A stretch of DNA of 38,751 nt from a virus (lineage: Duplodnaviria; Caudoviricetes): the IMG/VR virus record IMGVR_UViG_3300017589_000252, positions 1-38,751 of that record; one strand, given 5' to 3'. Positions 33,271 through 38,751 of this stretch are shown here, piece by piece. A program made the translations under genes and the position numbers. A model generated the notes under the pieces. That model was given only the letters and a program-made list of their open reading frames with translations. It was not told the DNA's origin and ran no database searches. How positions within the stretch are numbered: position 1 is the stretch's first letter; each line of letters starts with the position of its first letter.

Positions 33271-33674
33271 GAGGTAGCCTCCGTCTGCATACGCCAGCTC
33301 GCGGCCTTTGCTTCGGCATCAGCTTTGTTGCGGAAAATGCGCCCGTCGTAGAAATCATCCAAATGATCCGCTTTGCAAAACGGTTCTGATTGGGCTACAA
33401 AAAGTCGGCAACCGGTACATTTTTGATAGGCAATATTGGCCGAGTAAGGGCAATTGTCACAGTCGCAGTGTACGCAGTAAACAGTTTCACCTTCCTCGGG
33501 CGGGATCCGTGCCTCCAGCTTCTCCACCAGGTTGGCCAGGTCAACCAACGTCTGACAGCCAGCGCAGCGGTCGTCCATCTCTTCCTGGTCCTCGATCACA
33601 TGCGGCCAGTGGCAAAGCTTGTCGCAGATCTCCGCGCAGATACGGTCAAGCTCGGTGTGAGTGGGTTCGGTCAT
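33267..33674 (-). CDS. Hypothetical Cys-rich protein
   Basis: ICDKLCHWP...CAGC, CDNCPY and F....AEA; coupled by ATGA overlaps. Confidence 0.75.
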   Translation of the reverse strand: MTEPTHTELDRICAEICDKLCHWPHVIEDQEEMDDRCAGCQTLVDLANLVEKLEARIPPEEGETVYCVHCDCDNCPYSANIAYQKCTGCRLFVAQSEPFCKADHLDDFYDGRIFRNKADAEAKAASWRMQTEATS

Positions 33675-33910
33675 GATTCGGGCCCCCATTCCTCCAATTT
33701 GCGGCTCCCTGCGAATACCCTCAGCTCACCTTCAGCTGAATGCCTTTCTCTACATTTGTGCGTCCAATTCGGGACGCTGTAATTACTGGTATAGCTTGAC
33801 CCGGCATCTTCAGGACGGATAGATACAACCCGGAATTTGCAATCGGCCAGACTTTGTTGCACGCGCAAGACTTTTCTTTTGCTCTTTGACCAATACTGAA
33901 TTTCATTCAT
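33671..33910 (-). CDS. Hypothetical protein
   Basis: Fills the operon with overlaps on both sides. Confidence 0.7.
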   Translation of the reverse strand: MNEIQYWSKSKRKVLRVQQSLADCKFRVVSIRPEDAGSSYTSNYSVPNWTHKCRERHSAEGELRVFAGSRKLEEWGPES

Positions 33911-34373
33911 GCCTTTGCGCCTCGCCCAGCATCATACGGTCAAACGCTTCCTCTCCCTGCACCATGCGGTCAAACGCTTCCTCGGTACTGGATAATACCG
34001 CAGCTAGGTACCCGTACGCCCTCGCTTTTTCCGGGCTTGTCCAGTTGCTACCCATCGCCAGTAAGATTTCGTCATTCAGATGTTTAAATGCTTGCCTGAC
34101 ATCGCGGCAAAGGCCGGTCTTCCGAATCGGCATCTCCTTCTCAGCTTCAGCGATCGCGGCTTCAAATTCAGAATTGACCGTAATCGCCAGCTTGCCCTGA
34201 GCGGCTTTGCATTTCGGAATTGTGATACCGAGCTGGGAGCGCTTTGCGTGGATCTCCGAAACGGGAACATCAAAAAATTTGGCAATTTCCGCGTTGCTGA
34301 ATTTCCGCATATCTGCATCCTCTGCGAAGCACATCTGTTTAAGCTCGGCGATTTGGTGGTCTGTCCATTTCAT
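33903..34373 (-). CDS. Hypothetical protein, N-terminal HTH (GcrA/Myb-like)
   Basis: MKWTD..IAELK....SNAEIA......I..KRS.LG. Confidence 0.75.
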   Translation of the reverse strand: MKWTDHQIAELKQMCFAEDADMRKFSNAEIAKFFDVPVSEIHAKRSQLGITIPKCKAAQGKLAITVNSEFEAAIAEAEKEMPIRKTGLCRDVRQAFKHLNDEILLAMGSNWTSPEKARAYGYLAAVLSSTEEAFDRMVQGEEAFDRMMLGEAQRHE

Positions 34374-34975
34374 GGTGTGGTTGCTCCTTCCATGTAATTA
34401 ATTACGTTATTTGCGTATTCGCTCTTTCCGGGCTTCCCAGAGTTATAACAAGTCAGCGCGTCCTCCAGATTGTACTTGGATAGTAGCTCGGCGAGAAATG
34501 AGCACCCCACTCTAAAGTTTCCCGCCGGATCCATGAGATCCTCCACGCCAAGCTTGTCCATTCTGTCAGCGTGCCAGCGCTCCTGTATCTGCATATAACC
34601 GACGCTGCAGCCATCATCTCCGGTGACATTACGGAACTCTGTTTCCTGCTTTATGACGGCCAGAGCCAGCTCATAGGGTATTCCGGCCTCTTCCGCTGCG
34701 GTGTGTAAGTAGTCCTGCAGGTCGTAGCTCAGAGGAATATCGTCGCGCAGGTATCCTTGCTCGATCAGTGCCGCCTCGATTTTGCTGCTCTCGTCCGGAT
34801 CCTTACCCACAGTCTCTGCCGGGAGCTTGTCCACGATAACTGAGGGCTGAGCAGCGGCTTGTGGCACCTCTGAACCCCACAGCGCATCAGCAGTGGCGGA
34901 GGTCACCACCCATAAGCCAAGGCAGAGGGCGACGAGAATCAGCTCGCGCCAGTCGCGGCGGATTAGGCGGATCAT
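34370..34975 (-). CDS. Membrane-anchored lytic transglycosylase (SLT domain)
   Basis: N-terminal hydrophobic segment; AVIKQETEF, GYMQI, N..VG..FL, ALTCYNSG. Confidence 0.88.
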   Translation of the reverse strand: MIRLIRRDWRELILVALCLGLWVVTSATADALWGSEVPQAAAQPSVIVDKLPAETVGKDPDESSKIEAALIEQGYLRDDIPLSYDLQDYLHTAAEEAGIPYELALAVIKQETEFRNVTGDDGCSVGYMQIQERWHADRMDKLGVEDLMDPAGNFRVGCSFLAELLSKYNLEDALTCYNSGKPGKSEYANNVINYMEGATTP

Positions 34976-35214
34976 GATACCCTCCTTATTTTCCCATACC
35001 CATCGGGCGAGGAAGTGGGGCACTCACCGCCTGCTGAAAAGTAATTAAGCGCCGTGTCAAGATCTACGAGCTGCCTTCGCCCGTTTAGAATGTGTGGGAT
35101 TTTTCCTGTTTTAATAAGTCGGCGTACAAGATAGGTCGAGACGCGACTACCAGGATCGAGTTTTTTGAGCTCAGAAGCAACTTCCTGAGCCGTGCGCATG
35201 CGCGGGATAGGCAT
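34972..35214 (-). CDS. Putative excisionase (winged HTH)
   Basis: PRMRT......K..DP......VRRLIKTGKIP....GRR.LVDLD; second gene of the early operon. Confidence 0.8.
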   Translation of the reverse strand: MPIPRMRTAQEVASELKKLDPGSRVSTYLVRRLIKTGKIPHILNGRRQLVDLDTALNYFSAGGECPTSSPDGYGKIRRVS

Positions 35215-35245
35215 TTTTGCGGCCTCCTTTCTTTCAAAAACCTAT

Positions 35246-35455
35246 TTATTGGTCAGTGAATGTGCTATTATCAGGCACGAGATCTTTCGGGTTTACCCCA
35301 AGCTGTGCCGCGAGCTTAATGATGGTTTCAAGAGACGGGGATTGACCGTTTTGCCACCCGGTAACATTGCTCTTACTCATGCCAGAGGCCAGAGCTACGG
35401 CGCTAGGACTCGTCCCAAGGGAGGTGCACAGCCTTTTCAGATGGTCATAGAACAA
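35246..35455 (-). CDS. Cro-like XRE HTH regulator
   Basis: VALASGMSKSNVTGWQNGQSPSLETIIKLA; AAGGAGG RBS; divergent from the repressor. Confidence 0.9.
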   Translation of the reverse strand: MFYDHLKRLCTSLGTSPSAVALASGMSKSNVTGWQNGQSPSLETIIKLAAQLGVNPKDLVPDNSTFTDQ

Positions 35456-35482
35456 AAATATCCCTCCTTCCGTACTTTTCTG

Positions 35483-35511
35483 TTGACAAGTACGGAAAAC
35501 TGTACTATATT
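35483..35511 (+). promoter_or_regulatory. Lysogenic promoter (towards the repressor) with an operator in its spacer
   Basis: TTGACA-17 nt-TATATT; the spacer contains GTACGGAAAACTGTAC. Confidence 0.8.
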
Positions 35512-35632
35512 GTAGGTGTCAGCCAACTAAATATATGTACTGTATTCCGTGCTTCTACCATTCATAGTAGTACTGATTATCGTACATGTCAAGCACAAAG
35601 TACGATAGTCCGATCGATTCGGCATTCCGTAC
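35490..35632. promoter_or_regulatory. GTAC-N8-GTAC operator array
   Basis: Perfect sites at 35490-35505 and 35570-35585, near matches at 35537-35552 and 35600-35615, and extra TTCCGTAC half-sites. Confidence 0.75.
35564..35592 (-). promoter_or_regulatory. Lytic early promoter (towards cro) with an operator in its spacer
   Basis: TTGACA-17 nt-TACTAT on the - strand. Confidence 0.8.
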
Positions 35633-35650
35633 AATTATGAGGTGCGCTTT

Positions 35651-36082
35651 ATGTCAAAAATGTACAGTATCATTGAGGGACTTTGCACAGCCAAAGGCAT
35701 CACAGTTGGTAAGATGTGTGGTGCTCTTCATGTCAGCCGCGGTATGCTTAGCGACCTGAATAATGACCGCACAGAAGAGCTTTCCCCAAAAACAGCCAGA
35801 AAGATTGCGGATTATTTCGGTGTATCCGTTGACTATCTCTATGGTTATGAGCAAAATGCGCAAAAAGAAACGCCCACCCTTACAAAGAAGGATGAGCGTG
35901 ATATTGCCCGCGATCTGGAAGCCATCATGAACGAAATGGCGCAGGGCGGAGATATGATGTTTGATGGCAACCCTATGTCAGAGGAAGCAAAAGAGAGTAT
36001 TATGGCGGCAATGAAATTAGGGCTCCAAGCCGCAAAAGTAAAAAACAAGGAACGGTTTGCTCCGAAGAAATATAGAAGGTAG
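35651..36082 (+). CDS. CI/ImmR-like XRE repressor
   Basis: HTH ending KIADYFGVSVDYL; C-terminal KDERDIA...FAPKKY; no autopeptidase domain; GAGGTG RBS. Confidence 0.92.
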   Translation: MSKMYSIIEGLCTAKGITVGKMCGALHVSRGMLSDLNNDRTEELSPKTARKIADYFGVSVDYLYGYEQNAQKETPTLTKKDERDIARDLEAIMNEMAQGGDMMFDGNPMSEEAKESIMAAMKLGLQAAKVKNKERFAPKKYRR

Positions 36083-36087
36083 TAGGC

Positions 36088-36549
36088 ATGGATATTAAGA
36101 GACTCGCATCAGCGCTTTGCAAGCACTACAAAACTCATGATCCTTTTAAAATCGTGGATGCATTAGGTTACCAAACTGTATTTGTGCCATTAGTGGACGT
36201 GCGCGGCTTCTATCAGCATGTTAAGCGGTGTCATATTATCTATATTGATGATGTGCTGGAAGAGCGCCAGGCTCGCTTTGTATGCGCCCATGAGCTGGGG
36301 CACACCTTGATCCACAAAGGAATGAATCGTATTTTTATGGATACCAGGACACACATGGCCACAAGCCGTTACGAGAAGGAAGCTGACCGTTTTGCGGTTG
36401 ACCTACTTTTTGACGACCGTGATTTGCATGAATATCTGGGGTTCTCCACCATAGATGTGGCGAACCACCTCGGTATCAGCTTTGAGCTTGCTAAGTATCG
36501 AATGGGAAGTATTAACTTATATGGTAGAGCAAAAAATTTTACCCCGTAG
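36088..36549 (+). CDS. ImmA/IrrE family metallopeptidase (anti-repressor)
   Basis: RFVCAHELGH and EKEADRFA..LL; directly after the repressor. Confidence 0.93.
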   Translation: MDIKRLASALCKHYKTHDPFKIVDALGYQTVFVPLVDVRGFYQHVKRCHIIYIDDVLEERQARFVCAHELGHTLIHKGMNRIFMDTRTHMATSRYEKEADRFAVDLLFDDRDLHEYLGFSTIDVANHLGISFELAKYRMGSINLYGRAKNFTP

Positions 36550-36623
36550 ATGGAAGAGAAGTACAAATATGATATAGTAATCCAACTATAGGAAGCTGTA
36601 AATACGGAGAGAAGGTATTGTAG

Positions 36624-37370
36624 ATGGGCGCTTATGGTTCGCCTGAAAACTTAAATTTTATACGTGAGAAGCCTTCAAGGCAATCCACAGTTGGAAAACC
36701 AATCGGGAAGTCTTGGTTGTTTTACTATGTCATTGCAGGCATAATCTTTTTTGCTGCCTGTATTTTGCTAGATGATGGGAATAGAGCGAGGGGACTATCC
36801 TGTGGAATGATACTATTTGGGGTCACTGCTTTGTCTTTTGGGGTAATATTCGCAATTGTTCATGCTGTAAGAAAGCAGGGGAAAAGTTGGGCGAAAAAAA
36901 TGATCACTCTAAGTGCAGTAATTTTTATCGTGGGCGTTATTGCTTTGGGTGTGAACTCGGTTGATTCAAATTATCCTGGAAGCGAGGACGCATCCGCAAA
37001 GGCCGCGTTAACGTCTCCCGTCGATTATAAGGCATCGTGCTCTTCTTCAATTACCTATGACGATGCCGCCAGAACACCGGATAAATATTCCGGAACTAGA
37101 GTGCACTTTAAGGGCGAGGTTATCCAGGTCATGGAAAACAACGGAGACAACGCATACCGAATAAACGTAACCGAAGGTCAATACGAAAACTGGTCAGATA
37201 CGATATATGTGAAATTCAGTTTGCCGGATGGAGATTCAAGAATTCTCGAAAATGATAATGTAGATATATACGGAGAACTGAATGGGTTACAAACTTATAA
37301 AACTGTATTTGGCTCAACAGTCACCGTCCCATTTCTCAACGCTCAGTATATTGATGCCATAGAAAAATAA
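36624..37370 (+). CDS. Membrane protein (3 TM) with C-terminal OB-fold-like domain; possible superinfection exclusion
   Basis: Three hydrophobic helices; YDDAARTPDKY.G..VHFKGEVIQV...ILEND.V.IYG...TVP. Confidence 0.8.
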   Translation: MGAYGSPENLNFIREKPSRQSTVGKPIGKSWLFYYVIAGIIFFAACILLDDGNRARGLSCGMILFGVTALSFGVIFAIVHAVRKQGKSWAKKMITLSAVIFIVGVIALGVNSVDSNYPGSEDASAKAALTSPVDYKASCSSSITYDDAARTPDKYSGTRVHFKGEVIQVMENNGDNAYRINVTEGQYENWSDTIYVKFSLPDGDSRILENDNVDIYGELNGLQTYKTVFGSTVTVPFLNAQYIDAIEK

Positions 37371-37411
37371 AGAATTGCGCCTTGCCTGCATCACCGGAGA
37401 GACGTAGGCAT

Positions 37412-37507
37412 AAAAAATCCGCCCCCGGTACTCGCGATACCAGAGGCGGAAAAGAGCACGGACCCGGTCACTACACCAAGGCACCATTGCGCCCACATTG
37501 TACCACA
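37412..37507 (-). ncRNA. Putative antisense sRNA unit opposite the integrase leader
   Basis: Extended -10 TGTGG-TACAAT (37507-37497); terminator TCCGCCTCTGGTA...TACCGGGGGCGGA-TTTTTT (37450-37412). Confidence 0.55.
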
Positions 37508-37524
37508 AAGGGCGCGGAAAGGGA

Positions 37525-38751
37525 ATGGCATTTATGGCTTACTACACAAAACGTGGAGCCACATATCTTATACGTGCGTCTGTCGGCTATCGTGCTGACG
37601 GAACGCAGGTCGAGCGATCGAAGACGTGGCGGCCGGATCCAAAGCTGACGCCTACGCAGCTCGAAAAGGCGCTTAACAGGCAGTGTGTTTTGTTTGAGGA
37701 TCAATGCAATTCCGGCGCGGTCAGAGATGGCCACATTAAGCTGGAGTTATTTATCGATCAATACTTTATTGAATACGGGGATATGGCGCTTCGAGAACGT
37801 ACTAGGGCGAGTTATACCGGCATGAAGCCCAGAGTCAATACCGCACTGGGTCACATTTATTTGGACAAGCTTACACCACGCCAAGTAAAAGGTTTTATTA
37901 ACAATATGGGGGAGGACGGATTGAATAGCAGGACAGGCGGAAAGCTTGCGTCTAAGACAATTCAGAACTATCTGACCTTTTTATCTGCCGTGTGTTCATA
38001 TGCCATAAAAATGGAAATGATCCCTTCAAACCCATGCGCCAATGTTCAGGTTCCAAAAGATATGAAAAAGCGAAAAGTGTGGTACACACTAAAGGAAACA
38101 CAGAAGATCCTCGACAGTCTTCAATCCGCACCCACAATGTACCGCACCATTTTGATCCTCGCCATATTCTGCGGATATCGTAGGGAAGAGTTATGTGGCT
38201 TGGAATGGGGCGATATTGATTTTAAAAGAAAGCTCATTACTATTCAGAGAGCTTCACTATATACACCGGATAAGGGGATCTATACTGATACCACCAAAAA
38301 CGAAGGCAGCCAGCGTGTGGCGAAGCAGTCCGATGTGGTTATGCAGGCGCTGCGCAAGTGGCGTGCGGAGCAGGCAGAGCAGCGGCTGAAGCTGGGCGAC
38401 AGGTGGCATGATTGTGGGCGTGTCTTTACGGGAACGGAAGGAAAGCCGATCCATCCCAATACGCCCTATACGTGGCTTAGCCGTCATTGTGAGAAACACG
38501 GGTTGCGCTTTTTAGGTTTGCATGCTTTTCGGCATTTTAATGCCGCAGCCCTGATCCGAGCTGGTGCCGATGTGAAAACAGTCTCCTCGCTGCTTGGCCA
38601 TATGCAGACCTCTACAACCCTTAACACCTATGCCTATGAGTTCGCAGAGGCGCAGGCCGCAGCCAGCGAGGCAGTATCTGACCTGCTGACAGGCAAGCTT
38701 AAAACTGAAACAACGGACAAACAACGGACAAAACGAAAAAAACGAGCGTAA
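37525..38751 (+). CDS. int: Tyrosine recombinase (phage integrase)
   Basis: GYRREE, TKN, HAFRH, LGH and catalytic Tyr in NTY; start ATG 37525 or 37534. Confidence 0.96.
   Translation: MAFMAYYTKRGATYLIRASVGYRADGTQVERSKTWRPDPKLTPTQLEKALNRQCVLFEDQCNSGAVRDGHIKLELFIDQYFIEYGDMALRERTRASYTGMKPRVNTALGHIYLDKLTPRQVKGFINNMGEDGLNSRTGGKLASKTIQNYLTFLSAVCSYAIKMEMIPSNPCANVQVPKDMKKRKVWYTLKETQKILDSLQSAPTMYRTILILAIFCGYRREELCGLEWGDIDFKRKLITIQRASLYTPDKGIYTDTTKNEGSQRVAKQSDVVMQALRKWRAEQAEQRLKLGDRWHDCGRVFTGTEGKPIHPNTPYTWLSRHCEKHGLRFLGLHAFRHFNAAALIRAGADVKTVSSLLGHMQTSTTLNTYAYEFAEAQAAASEAVSDLLTGKLKTETTDKQRTKRKKRA
38708..38732. repeat. 11-bp tandem repeat, likely integrase arm-type sites
   Basis: AAACAACGGAC twice at the 3' end of int. 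Confidence 0.6.

Larger units (their letters stand above)
1..38751. mobile_element. Temperate siphovirus prophage (A118/SPP1-like morphogenesis; PolA/VapE replication module)
   Basis: Canonical module order integrase-repressor-replication-terminase-head-tail-lysis-cargo. att core sites are not identifiable inside the window. Confidence 0.97.

Noticed and set aside
37382-37648. ORF upstream of and overlapping the integrase; also the track's 37498 start for int
   Set aside because: The region is a structured leader, and the SD-like sequence supports ATG 37525 or 37534.
1-38751. Stop-codon recoding, tRNA genes, introns/inteins or modified-base pathway
   Set aside because: Core genes are intact and of normal length in the standard code. 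No tRNA cloverleaf, intein motif or nucleotide-modification gene was recognised by eye.

Overview
The window is an apparently near-complete temperate siphovirus prophage, trimmed to gene ends. The gene families and Shine-Dalgarno style suggest a Bacillota/Clostridia-type host (inference). On the + strand at the right end is the lysogeny module: CI-like repressor, ImmA/IrrE protease, a membrane OB-fold protein and a tyrosine integrase. Nearly everything else is on the - strand, in this order: cro/xis, early genes (SLT protein, AbrB), a DUF2800-DUF2815-PolA-VapE-VRR-NUC-SNF2 replication module with an iteron-like origin, an ArpU/RinA-like late activator, terminases, SPP1/A118-like head and tail genes, a Gly-rich fibre, endolysin and holins. 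Several AT-rich morons with their own promoters are inserted. The most notable features are: (i) reverse-strand promoters placed on the ribosome-binding regions of abrB, int and vapE, two apparently making short terminated antisense RNAs; (ii) a tandem-pseudoknot leader before the scaffolding gene; (iii) a MuF minor capsid protein with a HExxH toxin-like extension and an unannotated 49-aa partner gene; (iv) a NAGPA-amidase endolysin with an internal start; (v) face-to-face switch promoters; (vi) a promoter-driven three-gene cargo operon ending in a possible lysozyme-fold protein. All family calls come from motif recognition by eye; no database searches were run.
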